Below, piece by piece: positions 21,661 through 31,800 of a stretch of DNA of 64,000 bases (the first letter of the stretch is position 1; the number at the start of each line of letters is the position of its first letter). Below the pieces are notes generated by a model. The model was not told the DNA's origin, made no database searches, and was given only the letters and a program-made list of their open reading frames with translations. The DNA lies in contig JBFWWG010000010.1 of assembly GCA_050246315.1 (NCBI GenBank), positions 1-64,000 on the forward strand, written 5' to 3'. The position numbers were made by a program, and so were the translations under genes. Origin of the DNA: Nitrospiraceae bacterium. Its GTDB lineage: Bacteria > Nitrospirota > Nitrospiria > Nitrospirales > Nitrospiraceae.

Positions 21661-21801
21661 TCGGACGGGTCACCAAGGAAGTGCTCGAATTTTCGACGCA
21701 TTCCTCAATCCTCATCAGCATGAATGAACGCTGCTGCCTGATTCTCGACGTTTTTTGACATGAAAGCTCGACAATCCTGGCCACTAACGAAACTGGCTCG
21801 G

Positions 21802-22299
21802 TCATAGGTTGACATCATTCACGTCCGGAGCTTGGAGATTCTGCTTGACATCGTTCACATGCCACTGGTCGATGGTGACGGCTTCCGAATCAATGTTCCC
21901 CGTTGCCGTCGCAGTAAAGCCGGGTGTTGCCGCGGTCATGGACGCTGCGCCCACTACGGTATTCTCTGCCGAAGGTCCTGAGGTAGGCACAAGCATCTCG
22001 ATTGCGCCGGGGGTTGCCGTTGCATCCGTTGCCTGAGCCCGATAGGTGTACCGCTGCGTTGTTCCTGCGACCTGATATCCGGTTTCCGTAAACCCGCTGT
22101 AACGCGTATGCTCTCCGTAAAATGTAATTTCACTTACGTACACGCCTGCCAGGTTGCTTTTTGCTTCTGATTGAATACTTTTCGCGCGCCAAGCCATGTA
22201 CGCAGGGGCAGCAATCGCCACAAGAATTCCGATGATGGCCACCACCACCATCATCTCAATCAGCGTGAATCCATCCCGTGATCGATGGATGAATTTCAT
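21802..22299 (-). CDS. Second type IVa pilin paralogue
   Basis: [22 protein letters not shown]; shares C-terminal [18 protein letters not shown] with pilin 1. Confidence 0.9.
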   Translation of the reverse strand: MKFIHRSRDGFTLIEMMVVVAIIGILVAIAAPAYMAWRAKSIQSEAKSNLAGVYVSEITFYGEHTRYSGFTETGYQVAGTTQRYTYRAQATDATATPGAIEMLVPTSGPSAENTVVGAASMTAATPGFTATATGNIDSEAVTIDQWHVNDVKQNLQAPDVNDVNL

Positions 22300-22345
22300 G
22301 TTATCCCCCTACATTCGCCTCACCTGCCATCGACACAATCCAGCA

Positions 22346-22361
22346 AGCACATGATATGCCA
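22346..22361 (-). promoter_or_regulatory. Sigma54 (-24/-12) promoter of pilin 2
   Basis: Minus strand TGGCATATCATGTGCT, i.e. GG-N10-GC. Confidence 0.7.
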
Positions 22362-22542
22362 GACAGGCGAACAGCAGAAATCTATTCATTTTTCCGACGA
22401 GTAGGAGATGACCGAGCAGTTTCATGCGCCGGTCTTTGGGATCTGCAGCGACAATATTTTGCACGACAAGACCGATTACGCCGGTGAATCTCGGCTAGTA
22501 AGCCGGGAATCCGGTTAAGCGGAGGAGGAGGTTTCGAGTTGT

Positions 22543-24408
22543 CTACCGAGGAGAATGCTGAGAGGAAATCTGTTCTGCCACGCGGCGTTTGGCCTGCTGG
22601 ATTCGCTCCTCGTGGGAAGGGTCACCGAAACCGGCTTCGCGGAAACGCTCCATGAGTTTGACGTTGTTGGGGTCTAGCTCAAGGGACTTGAGCCATGCTT
22701 CACGAGCCTCCGCCGGACGCCCCTGCTTGACATAGATTTCTCCGAGATGTTCATAGATTACCGGATCATCTCCGACAAGCGCTGCCGCCTTCTTGATCTC
22801 GATCAATGCTTCTGCCACTTCTCCCTTCTTGAAAAATGCCCATCCCAAGCTATCAATATAGTACCCGTTGTTGGGCTTGAGTGCGACTGCTTGTTGCGTG
22901 AGAGAAACCGCTTCTTCGATCTTGATACCTCGCTCCGCATAGCTATAGCCCAGGTAATTGAGAGCATCCGCGTGTTTGGGATCAAGCTGAAGCGTTTTTT
23001 CCATCGCCCGCACTACATCCTCAAATCGATCCATTTTGTCGTAGACAGTCCCAAGATTGAAATGGAGATCGGCATTCGCCGGATGAAATCGGATGCCTTG
23101 TTCAAAAGCCTGTGATGCCAACTCATATCGCTCTGCTTGAAGATAGGTTAATCCCAGCAGGAGATGCCCATCCGGTTGCTTCGGATTCAACCGGACCGCT
23201 TCAACAAGATGAGGGGTTGCATCACTCCAGCGCTTTTGGCGATAGAGCAAGAAGCCATAGTGCAAATGGCTGTCATAGTAGGTTGGATCAATGCGAAGAT
23301 TCTCCTCATACGCCAACGCCGCTTGATCAACCTGCTTGTTCTCCTCGTATACCATGGCGAGATAATCGCGCACACGTAGTTCGCCTGGCCTTTCACGCAG
23401 AATATCCTTTAGCTTCTCGATCGCTTTTGGATAGTCCTTCATCTCGCCATAGACCAGGCTGATCCTGAGTTGCGCATCGAGATCGGTGGGATCTTGGGCA
23501 ATTAGGTCTTGCAGCTCACGAAGCGCCTCTTGATAATCCCGCTCTTGAAGAAAGACACGAACTAATTGTTGACGCATTTCCCGGCTGTGAGGGTAATTGC
23601 CGCGAAGGTATCGGCGGTAAATCGCTACAGCCTTGTCTGTGTCTTGCCGAGATTCGTGCAGGGCGCCCAGTGCAAGGTAGGCCTGCTCGAAAGAGGGATT
23701 AAGATCGATGGCGCGCTCAAACTCGACCATCGCCTGATCCGGTCTCTTAGCCTCGAGCGCAAGTCGTCCCAGATAATAGTGCCCTATTGGGGCATCGGGA
23801 GTAATCTTGAGTCCCTGGCGAAATGATTCTTCGGCTTCGGGATAGCGCTTCAGATTGACCAGAAGAAGCCCCTTTGCAAAATACAACTCCGCTTTTCCAG
23901 GATCAGCCGCAGTCGCATGCGAGTACAGCCGGAGTGCCTTCTCCGCTTGGCCAGCACCCGTGTAGATCCCAGCCAGATGTGCCAACGTTTGCGCGTCCAT
24001 CATGTCCACGACCTGTACCTGGTCGGCATACAGCAACGCATTATTGATATCGCCCATCGAGAAATACAGGCTTGCGACTTTTGTCTTAAGAAGATTCGAG
24101 GTGGAATCAGCAGCAAGTGCCGCCTGGTATTCCCGGATGGCAACCTCGTAATCCTGTTGTATTTCCGCGAGGGTTCCGCGCATGAAATGGTACGAAGCGC
24201 GCGGATCCATCGGCTCTGTTGCGCGGGCAACTGCGGTTGCCTGTCCCGCCAGATCATCAGCCCCTCTGCTCGATGAAGAACTCGCGGCACAGGCGGTAAT
24301 GGCGATCGACGCGAGCACCATCGAGAGCGCCAGGAGATCCAGCCGTAGCCTCCTCGAAAGAAAGCGGGAATCGATCAAACCGGAGAATATGGGAAGATTG
24401 TGTGTCAT
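22543..24408 (-). CDS. Multi-TPR protein, probable lipoprotein
   Basis: Lipobox-like AITAC; many TPRs; ALNYLGYSYAERG...YYIDSLGWAFFK. Confidence 0.85.
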   Translation of the reverse strand: MTHNLPIFSGLIDSRFLSRRLRLDLLALSMVLASIAITACAASSSSSRGADDLAGQATAVARATEPMDPRASYHFMRGTLAEIQQDYEVAIREYQAALAADSTSNLLKTKVASLYFSMGDINNALLYADQVQVVDMMDAQTLAHLAGIYTGAGQAEKALRLYSHATAADPGKAELYFAKGLLLVNLKRYPEAEESFRQGLKITPDAPIGHYYLGRLALEAKRPDQAMVEFERAIDLNPSFEQAYLALGALHESRQDTDKAVAIYRRYLRGNYPHSREMRQQLVRVFLQERDYQEALRELQDLIAQDPTDLDAQLRISLVYGEMKDYPKAIEKLKDILRERPGELRVRDYLAMVYEENKQVDQAALAYEENLRIDPTYYDSHLHYGFLLYRQKRWSDATPHLVEAVRLNPKQPDGHLLLGLTYLQAERYELASQAFEQGIRFHPANADLHFNLGTVYDKMDRFEDVVRAMEKTLQLDPKHADALNYLGYSYAERGIKIEEAVSLTQQAVALKPNNGYYIDSLGWAFFKKGEVAEALIEIKKAAALVGDDPVIYEHLGEIYVKQGRPAEAREAWLKSLELDPNNVKLMERFREAGFGDPSHEERIQQAKRRVAEQISSQHSPR

Positions 24409-24479
24409 GAAACTTGATCCTACTCTATCACGAACGCGCCAGCACGTAGGGAAATTATAACGAGAGGGAGAAACAAGGG

Positions 24480-25826
24480 TCAAAGGCCTTCGCGATTCTC
24501 AAGGTTCTCAAACTTGGCGTATCGATCGTGAAAGAACAATTGACATTCCCCAACCGGACCATTTCGATGTTTCCGAATCAGAATCTCGGCAATCCCTTTC
24601 TTCTCCGATTCTGGCTCGTACATTTCCTCTCGATATATGAACATCACCACGTCGGCATCCTGTTCGATCGCGCCGCTCTCGCGCAGATCAGCCAGGACCG
24701 GGATTGGAGGTTTCCTCGCCTCAACGGCTCGACTCAATTGCGAGAGAGCGATCACGGGTACATTCAGTTCCTTGGCCAACCCCTTCAGCGAGCGTGAGAT
24801 GTCAGAGATTTCCTGTTGGCGCGACTCTGCATCACTTCGGCCTTGGATCAACTGCAGATAGTCCACGACGATCAGGTCCAATCCGCGTTCGGCCTTGAGA
24901 CGGCGCGCTTTGGCACGCATCTGTTGCACGGTCATGGAGCCCGAATCATCAATATAAATGGGCGCCTGTTCCAGACGCCCAGCCGCCTCCGCCAATCGCC
25001 ACCAGTCCTCCTTCGCCAAGCGACCGATTCGCAGGGAGTGGGAGTCGACGCGCGCCTCCGAGCTGAGCATTCGCAAAACCAATTGCGGCTTCGACATTTC
25101 CAGGCTGAAGATTCCAATGGTGTGATGGCTTGAAATCGCCGCGTACTGGGCCATGCCGAGCGCCAGGCTTGTTTTTCCCATGCTGGGCCGCCCTGCGACA
25201 ACGATGAGATCGGATGGTTGAAGGCCCGCCAGCTTGTCATCAAGATCGAGGTACCCGGTCGGCACGCCTGTCACGTGCTCTTTTCTCTTCGACAGTCGAT
25301 CGACGAGGTCCAGGCTCTCCTTGATCACATCCTTGAGCGGCGTGAAGGACCGCCCCAACTTGCCCTCAGCCAGACGGAAAACCGCCTGTTCCGCGGAATC
25401 CAGCAGATCACCGACGGGCGTCTCCCCCTCGTAGCCACGCGTGATGATCTCGGTCGAAACCGTGATCAGCCCTCGCACCAAAGCTTTTTCATGAATGATC
25501 TTGCAATGATATCGAACATTCGCCGCACTCGGAACAACGTGGACCAGTTCCGCCAGATACGCGACGCCACCTACCGCTTCGAGATCTCCCCTGGCCTTTA
25601 GCCGTTCTGCGAGCGTAATGGAGTCAATTTCCTCATTCGCCTCTGAAAGCTCCATCATCGCAGCAAAGATCTTCCGATGGGCGAATCGGTAGAAATCTTC
25701 CTCTGTGAGCATCTCGACGGCTTTGTTCAGCGCATCTTTATCCAGCAGGATGGCGCCAAGGATGCACTGTTCGGCTTCGATATTCTGCGGGGGCACCTTC
25801 GGATTGAGAATATCGGTGGAACTCAT
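24480..25826 (-). CDS. dnaB: Replicative DNA helicase
   Basis: PPQNIEAEQ, AGRPSMGKT, VDYLQL, DLRESGAIEQDAD. Confidence 0.97.
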   Translation of the reverse strand: MSSTDILNPKVPPQNIEAEQCILGAILLDKDALNKAVEMLTEEDFYRFAHRKIFAAMMELSEANEEIDSITLAERLKARGDLEAVGGVAYLAELVHVVPSAANVRYHCKIIHEKALVRGLITVSTEIITRGYEGETPVGDLLDSAEQAVFRLAEGKLGRSFTPLKDVIKESLDLVDRLSKRKEHVTGVPTGYLDLDDKLAGLQPSDLIVVAGRPSMGKTSLALGMAQYAAISSHHTIGIFSLEMSKPQLVLRMLSSEARVDSHSLRIGRLAKEDWWRLAEAAGRLEQAPIYIDDSGSMTVQQMRAKARRLKAERGLDLIVVDYLQLIQGRSDAESRQQEISDISRSLKGLAKELNVPVIALSQLSRAVEARKPPIPVLADLRESGAIEQDADVVMFIYREEMYEPESEKKGIAEILIRKHRNGPVGECQLFFHDRYAKFENLENREGL

Positions 25827-25851
25827 CGCCTTGACCTCGTTCTCTTCATCA

Positions 25852-27249
25852 TCAGCGAGCAGCCTTGGCCAGAACATCCGCCAAGGCTTCAACGGAGAGC
25901 ACTCGCGCCCCGGTGGCGGTGAGCACCGCGGCAGGGGTACCGGCGATCCTCGACGGCAACGAACCTGCCTCGACTAATATTCCTTGCTCGGCACCTGCCG
26001 GGGGTACACCCAAGAAGATTAGACTGGTGACATGGAGACGTCTGGCTTCGTCAAACGCATGGCCGATCGATCGAGAACCGGTCCCCAATGGCGTGCCGAG
26101 AATCGCACAGATCCCGCGCGTCCGCAGAAGTTGTGCCACGCGCCGCATAGAGGACGCCCGAGACCGTGGCGCGACCACAAGCGCCACGGTCTCGGGCGCC
26201 GTCGTATTGATCTCAACTCGTTCGGAAACTTGAAAGAGCCGATCAACATCGAAGGCGAAACCCGTGGACGGGGACATCCGCCCGAATCGCCCCAGAAGGT
26301 GGTCGTAGCGGCCCCCGCCGCCAAGTTCATACCCCACCCCCTCGGCGAACACATCGAAAATGATGCCGTCGTAATAGTCCAATCCCCGCAACTCTCCGAG
26401 ATCCAAATAGAGATGTTCACGAAACCCACTCTCTTCAAGCGCCCGATAGACCGAGCCAAGGCGGTCGAGGGCTGCGCAGACCAGTTGATCGCGACCTGCT
26501 AACGCTCGCCCTCGCTCCAAGATCTCCTCCCGGCCATAGAGCCCCAGAGCCTCGATGACGGCCTTGCCGCGGCGCGAGGCGACTCGCTCCTTGTCGAGCA
26601 GTTCTTCGAGCTTCGGAATGTCTTTTCGAGCCGCCGCCTGTTCGGCTTCTTTTCGAGCTGCCGGCCCCATGCCCGCCCGTCGCAGCAGGCCTTGCAAAAA
26701 CCCGGCATGCCCCAGCGAGATCTTGAACGATTTGATCCCAATGCGGCGCAAGCACTCGCTCATCAAGGCGATGATCTCGGTGTCCGCCTCCATATCCGAA
26801 AGGCCAATGAGCTCTGCCCCGACCTGGAGCAGTTCTCGGTCCCGTCCCAAATGTTCGGGCTCGTAGCGAAAGACCGTGGTACGATAGGCCAGCCGCAACG
26901 GAAACCGCTCGCCCAGCATCCCCATCGCCACGGTTCGAGCAATCTGGGCCGTCGCGTCAGGTCGCAGCACGAGCGTCCGACCAGTCGTCCGATCCGTGAG
27001 TTGATAGCCTTTCTCGATTGCTCGCGACTGGAGGCCTGGTGACAAGACATCGAGGTATTCGAACGTCGGGAGGATGATCTCGTGATAACCCCATCGACCG
27101 AGCATCGCCAACAGGACATCTTCCAATTGGCGAACCCGCCGAGCGGTCTCGGGCAGAATCGTGGTGATGCCGACTGGAAGCAGCGACCGACCGGTTGTCG
27201 GGCCTGGTGCATCGACGACCGGTCTGTGCCTGGAAAGACAAACTGGCAT
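25852..27249 (-). CDS. hisZ: ATP phosphoribosyltransferase regulatory subunit (HisRS-like)
   Basis: LRPDATAQIAR, RELLQVGAELIG, DYYDGIIF, GGGRYDHL; start uncertain. Confidence 0.88.
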   Translation of the reverse strand: MPVCLSRHRPVVDAPGPTTGRSLLPVGITTILPETARRVRQLEDVLLAMLGRWGYHEIILPTFEYLDVLSPGLQSRAIEKGYQLTDRTTGRTLVLRPDATAQIARTVAMGMLGERFPLRLAYRTTVFRYEPEHLGRDRELLQVGAELIGLSDMEADTEIIALMSECLRRIGIKSFKISLGHAGFLQGLLRRAGMGPAARKEAEQAAARKDIPKLEELLDKERVASRRGKAVIEALGLYGREEILERGRALAGRDQLVCAALDRLGSVYRALEESGFREHLYLDLGELRGLDYYDGIIFDVFAEGVGYELGGGGRYDHLLGRFGRMSPSTGFAFDVDRLFQVSERVEINTTAPETVALVVAPRSRASSMRRVAQLLRTRGICAILGTPLGTGSRSIGHAFDEARRLHVTSLIFLGVPPAGAEQGILVEAGSLPSRIAGTPAAVLTATGARVLSVEALADVLAKAAR

Positions 27250-27268
27250 CGGTCGGGCGGAACTCGTG

Positions 27269-28873
27269 TTAGAGTCCGGGGGACAGATCGACGACCTTGA
27301 CGGAAAGAATATTCGGCGAGGTTCGAATACGCTCGACGATGGCCGAAGCAATCGGTGCGTCGAGTCCGATGATCAAGAGCGCATTGCCCCCCCGTTCTTC
27401 CCGCGAACATTGCATGCGCGCAATATTGATCTGATGATCACCCAACGCCGACGACACCGCTCCAATGACGCCGGGGCGATCCACATTTTGGATCAACAGC
27501 ATGTGGCCCTCGGGAAAGATCTCGACCTGGAAGCGGTCAATTTCGATGATCCGAGGGTCTTTCTTGTTGAACAAGGTCCCGGCCACGTGATGAACCTTTT
27601 TCCCCGATTCGACCCGCACCCGGATCACACTCGTGAAGTCGCCGGCATCGCTGCTCTTGACTTCTTTGACCTCTATGCCACGTTCTTTGGCGAGGACAGG
27701 CGCATTTACATAGTTCACGTCGTTGCCCAGAATCGGCGTCAGAAGCCCCCTGAGCACCGCAATGGTGAGGGGTGCGACGGAGAGTCCAGACACCTCGCCG
27801 TTGTACTCCACCGTCACCCGCTCAAGGCCGCCTTCGTAGAGCTGCGCCTGGGTCAACCCGACTTTCTCGGCGAGCGATAGATAGGGCTGGAGCCGCGGCA
27901 ACAACTCCGGCGGCACCGAAGGAATGTTGACGGCCCCCCGGGCGATCCCCTTGCTGAAGTAGTCGACGATTTGCTCGGCGATCCCGACGGCCACATTTTC
28001 CTGAGCCTCGGTGGTGGACGCACCGATATGCGGAGTTGAAATGAAATTGTCCAGCGTCAGCAGCGGGTGATCCGGCTTGGCCGGCTCCTCCTCAAATACA
28101 TCGAACGCGGCGGCCGCGACCCGCTTCGTTTTCAGCGCGTCGAACAGATCCGCCTCGTTGACAATGCCGCCACGCGCACAATTCACAAGCATGACCCCAG
28201 GCTTCATCTTCGCAATCGCTTGCGCATTGATGAGCGATTTAGTTTCCGGTGTCAACGGTGTATGCACAGAAATGATGTCGGCTCGCCGATACAATTCGTC
28301 GAGATCGACGATCTCGATCCCCATCTTTTTCGCCCGCTCTTCGGCAAGGTATGGATCATAGGCAATGACGGTCATGGCGATGCCCTGGGCAAGTTTCGCC
28401 AAATAACCACCGATCTGCCCGACTCCGACGATCCCAAGGGTCTTGTTGTACAACTCCATGCCCATGAATTTTTCTTTTTCCCACTTGCCAACGCGCATTG
28501 ATGCGGTCGCTTGAGGAATTCGCCGCGTCATGGCAAAGATCATGGCCATGGTGAGTTCGGCCGTTGTCACTGTGTTCCCGCCGGGCGTGTTCATCACCAC
28601 GATTCCCCGACGAGTGGCCGCCTGGCTATCCACATTGTCCAGCCCCGAACCAGCACGGCCAACGACTTTGAGCCGCTCAGCCGCCGCAATCACTTCGGCG
28701 GTCACCTTCGTGCCAGAACGGACGATCAATCCGTCACAATCCCGGATTTCCTTCAGTAGTTCTTCTTTGGATAGCTTGGTCTTGACCACGACCTCGAACC
28801 CGGCCTTCTCAAGAAGCTCAACCCCCTGCTTCGACAAACTATCGCTCACAAGAATTTTCATGTGTCCTGCCAT
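27269..28873 (-). CDS. serA: D-3-phosphoglycerate dehydrogenase
   Basis: [32 protein letters not shown]-terminal ASB and ACT domains. Confidence 0.96.
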   Translation of the reverse strand: MAGHMKILVSDSLSKQGVELLEKAGFEVVVKTKLSKEELLKEIRDCDGLIVRSGTKVTAEVIAAAERLKVVGRAGSGLDNVDSQAATRRGIVVMNTPGGNTVTTAELTMAMIFAMTRRIPQATASMRVGKWEKEKFMGMELYNKTLGIVGVGQIGGYLAKLAQGIAMTVIAYDPYLAEERAKKMGIEIVDLDELYRRADIISVHTPLTPETKSLINAQAIAKMKPGVMLVNCARGGIVNEADLFDALKTKRVAAAAFDVFEEEPAKPDHPLLTLDNFISTPHIGASTTEAQENVAVGIAEQIVDYFSKGIARGAVNIPSVPPELLPRLQPYLSLAEKVGLTQAQLYEGGLERVTVEYNGEVSGLSVAPLTIAVLRGLLTPILGNDVNYVNAPVLAKERGIEVKEVKSSDAGDFTSVIRVRVESGKKVHHVAGTLFNKKDPRIIEIDRFQVEIFPEGHMLLIQNVDRPGVIGAVSSALGDHQINIARMQCSREERGGNALLIIGLDAPIASAIVERIRTSPNILSVKVVDLSPGL

Positions 28874-28902
28874 AGTAGAATTTTGGTCGCCAGGTGCGTG
28901 AG

Positions 28903-30048
28903 TTAGGTCTTCGGCATCAACAACTCTTGGGCGCGTCCTACCCCGCGCCCCAGCTGAAGCGGATGGCCGAGCCCCTTGACAACCATTTCGGTCGCCGCGA
29001 GAGCCGTGATGACATCGAACCGATCGGCGTAGCCCATATGGGAGATACGAAAGACCTTCCCCTTGAGATGATCCTGTCCACCGGCCGCGGTAATCCCGTA
29101 CTGAACCCGGAGGTTCTTATAGATCTGTTGCCCATCGATCCCTTCGGGAGCCGACACCGTAGTGAGGGCATCGCTGGGGGACTCTTTCGGAAACAGTGTC
29201 AGGCCAGCGGCCTTGACGCCCTCTCTCATGGCACACGCAAGGATGGCATGTCGCGAAAAGACATTGGCCAATCCCTCGGCCTTGAGCATGCGCAGTACTT
29301 CCTGCAGACCAAGAATCATCGAAACCGCCGGCGTGTAGGCGGTTTGATTTTTCTGCTGATTTTCCCGCTCGCGCTTGAAGTTGAAATAGAACGCGGCATT
29401 CTTCGCCTTGTCTGCCAGCCGCCAGGCTTTGTCGCTGACGCTCACGAACGCCATGCCAGGCGGCAGCATCAGGGCCTTCTGGGAACCGGTTACCACGACA
29501 TCAAGCCCCCACTCATCCGTCCTTAGATCGAACACGCCAAGTGCGGTAATGGCATCCACCACCAAGATGGTTTCATCGAGCGGGCGCACGATGTCGGCAA
29601 GAGCTTTACAATTGTGCGCCACTCCTGTCGAGGTCTCGCTCGCCTGGACGTACACCGCTTTGATGGATGGGTCTCTTTTCAACACTTCGGCGACCATCTG
29701 AGGATCGACGGCGCGGCCCCACTCGACTTTGATCTCGTGAACCTGGACTCCGAACGTCTTACAAATCTTGGTCCAACGCTCGCCGAACTTTCCCCCATTG
29801 ATACAGATCGCCTTATCGCCAGGTGACAGGAAGTTTGAGACCGCTCCCTCCATCCCGCCCGTTCCCGAACAGGCAAGCTGAAGGACGTCGTTCCTGGTCT
29901 GGAACAACCACTTCAGGTTGTCCCGGACCTCTGCGAAAATAGGGTCAAATTCCGGGGCCCGATGATGAATCATCGGACGAGCCATGGCGAGCAGCACCTC
30001 AGGCGGAACTGGGGTCGGTCCGGGCGCGAGCAAATAACGCTTTAGCAT
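28903..30048 (-). CDS. Class V PLP aminotransferase (serine-pyruvate/alanine-glyoxylate family; may act as phosphoserine aminotransferase)
   Basis: LLAPGPTPVP, ETSTGV, VDAIT, TGSQKALMLPPG; directly upstream of serA. Confidence 0.9.
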   Translation of the reverse strand: MLKRYLLAPGPTPVPPEVLLAMARPMIHHRAPEFDPIFAEVRDNLKWLFQTRNDVLQLACSGTGGMEGAVSNFLSPGDKAICINGGKFGERWTKICKTFGVQVHEIKVEWGRAVDPQMVAEVLKRDPSIKAVYVQASETSTGVAHNCKALADIVRPLDETILVVDAITALGVFDLRTDEWGLDVVVTGSQKALMLPPGMAFVSVSDKAWRLADKAKNAAFYFNFKRERENQQKNQTAYTPAVSMILGLQEVLRMLKAEGLANVFSRHAILACAMREGVKAAGLTLFPKESPSDALTTVSAPEGIDGQQIYKNLRVQYGITAAGGQDHLKGKVFRISHMGYADRFDVITALAATEMVVKGLGHPLQLGRGVGRAQELLMPKT

Positions 30049-30116
30049 TGGTCTAGCCTCCGGGGGAACGCTACCGTAAAGATTGATGATCCTGGCTTGC
30101 GGGTTGCGGAGGGCGC

Positions 30117-30145
30117 ACGCTACCACACCGCTCAGTACGAGTCAA
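30117..30145 (-). promoter_or_regulatory. Sigma70-like promoter for the aminotransferase-serA-hisZ-dnaB run
   Basis: Minus strand TTGACT-N17-TAGCGT. Confidence 0.45.
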
Positions 30146-30290
30146 GGTAAGGACATGATTTCAACGAGTTGGATCATGCTCACCAGCAAAAGCCCTTTCA
30201 TGGGTCCTTCATGAGGGTTGCGTCCAAACGATGGAGCGTTGGTGTGCAGACCACCGGCCCCCTAACCTATTGGTGAATGCCTACAATTTC

Positions 30291-30319
30291 TTGACATCAT
30301 CGAGCGACACAGATACCTT
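30291..30319 (+). promoter_or_regulatory. Sigma70-like promoter for the mltD-like gene
   Basis: TTGACA-N17-TACCTT. Confidence 0.5.
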
Positions 30320-30392
30320 TAACCCCATCATGCGGACTGACTGTGCTTGCTCGGAGAGGACTCCCGCCCGACACGCGTTTTTCGGCCGGTCC

Positions 30393-31772
30393 ATGCGAAT
30401 GCGCTCACTCCGCCAGTCCGTGATTCTCGTCATTCCTTTGTTGACCCTGTCCACGTGGAATCCGGCCAAGGCCGATCAACCGGGATTCGAGATCGTTCCG
30501 GCTATCCAGCAAAGCATTCATGCGGAAACGATTCCCGCTCACACAGGTGCGGATGGCTCCAATGGGTTGGGTCCGCCAGCTAGCGAAAGTGCCGGCACAT
30601 CCAGCCTCGATCAACCATCGGAGGCATCGCTTCCAATAGCGGCCGGTGACAGCCCTGTCGGCCAACCGGCCTCCGATCCCTCTCTGACGAATACAAACTT
30701 CCCGCAAGCTACAGCGTCACCGAATTCGGCAGCCCAGTCGCTGCAATCCGCTACAGCAACGCCACCGGCTGAGTATAGAAAGGTCGACAACTACAACGTG
30801 CCGATTGTGATCGACTCTGAGGTCGAATCACATATCCGTTACTTCAACACTGCGATCCGAGACCGATTTGAAAAATGGTTGCTTCGCCTCAGCCATTACC
30901 GACCGCTGGTCGAGCGTATATTCTCCGAGTTCGAGCTGCCCACCGACCTCGTGTATTTGTCGCTAGTGGAGAGTGGATTCAACCCCTATGCCTACTCTCG
31001 GGCGCGCGCTACCGGCCCCTGGCAGTTTATGAAAGGCACGGCCAAGGTCTATGGACTTCGGGTTGATAGTTACGTGGATGAGCGGCGCGATCCGATCAAA
31101 TCAACAGTGGCCGCGGCCCGCTATTTACGCGATCTGTACGATCTCTTTGGAACCTGGCCCTTGGCCATGGCCGCATATAATGCGGGTGAAGGGAAGGTCT
31201 TGCGCGCCCTTCAAAAAAGCCGGTCGGAGAGCTTCGTTGAGATTTCACAAACCCGTTTCATTCGACGGGAAACCAAGGAATATGTGCCACGCTTCATGGC
31301 CGCCACAATTATTGCCAAAGATCCAGAACGGTTTGGATTTCGATTGGCGGATGTGGCACCCCACGACTTCGATGAAGTGATTGTTCAACGCCCAATTCAT
31401 CTACAATCGTTGGCGGCCGCCAGCAGCGTGCCATTCGAGGTCCTAAAGAATCTCAATCCCGAGTTGCGTCGGTACGCCACACCACCGGGTGAAGCATCCT
31501 ACCATCTTAAGGTGCCGCTCGGCGCCAAAGCCAAGATTGAGTCTATTCTGGATCGCGTCCCGACCTGGAAAGCCACCCCCGAGCCCCGCTCTTTCCGCTC
31601 CATTAAGACTAAGCCGCCTTCCCACACGAGCCACAAATGGTATCGGGTGCGTGGAGGAGATACCCTCATCTTGATTGCCAAACGCTTCGGCCTTTCTGTT
31701 GAAGCGCTCAAGCATCGAAACCGCATCTCCACACGGCCGTTGCGGGCCGGCGAGCTACTCGCGATCCGCTGA
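30393..31772 (+). CDS. mltD: Lytic murein transglycosylase (SLT + LysM), MltD-like
   Basis: LVESGFNP, ATGPWQFM, DERRDP, AAYNAGEG, ETKEYVP; C-terminal LysM. Confidence 0.88.
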   Translation: MRMRSLRQSVILVIPLLTLSTWNPAKADQPGFEIVPAIQQSIHAETIPAHTGADGSNGLGPPASESAGTSSLDQPSEASLPIAAGDSPVGQPASDPSLTNTNFPQATASPNSAAQSLQSATATPPAEYRKVDNYNVPIVIDSEVESHIRYFNTAIRDRFEKWLLRLSHYRPLVERIFSEFELPTDLVYLSLVESGFNPYAYSRARATGPWQFMKGTAKVYGLRVDSYVDERRDPIKSTVAAARYLRDLYDLFGTWPLAMAAYNAGEGKVLRALQKSRSESFVEISQTRFIRRETKEYVPRFMAATIIAKDPERFGFRLADVAPHDFDEVIVQRPIHLQSLAAASSVPFEVLKNLNPELRRYATPPGEASYHLKVPLGAKAKIESILDRVPTWKATPEPRSFRSIKTKPPSHTSHKWYRVRGGDTLILIAKRFGLSVEALKHRNRISTRPLRAGELLAIR

Positions 31773-31800
31773 CACACTCCATCGTCTGCCTGTTGGTGAT

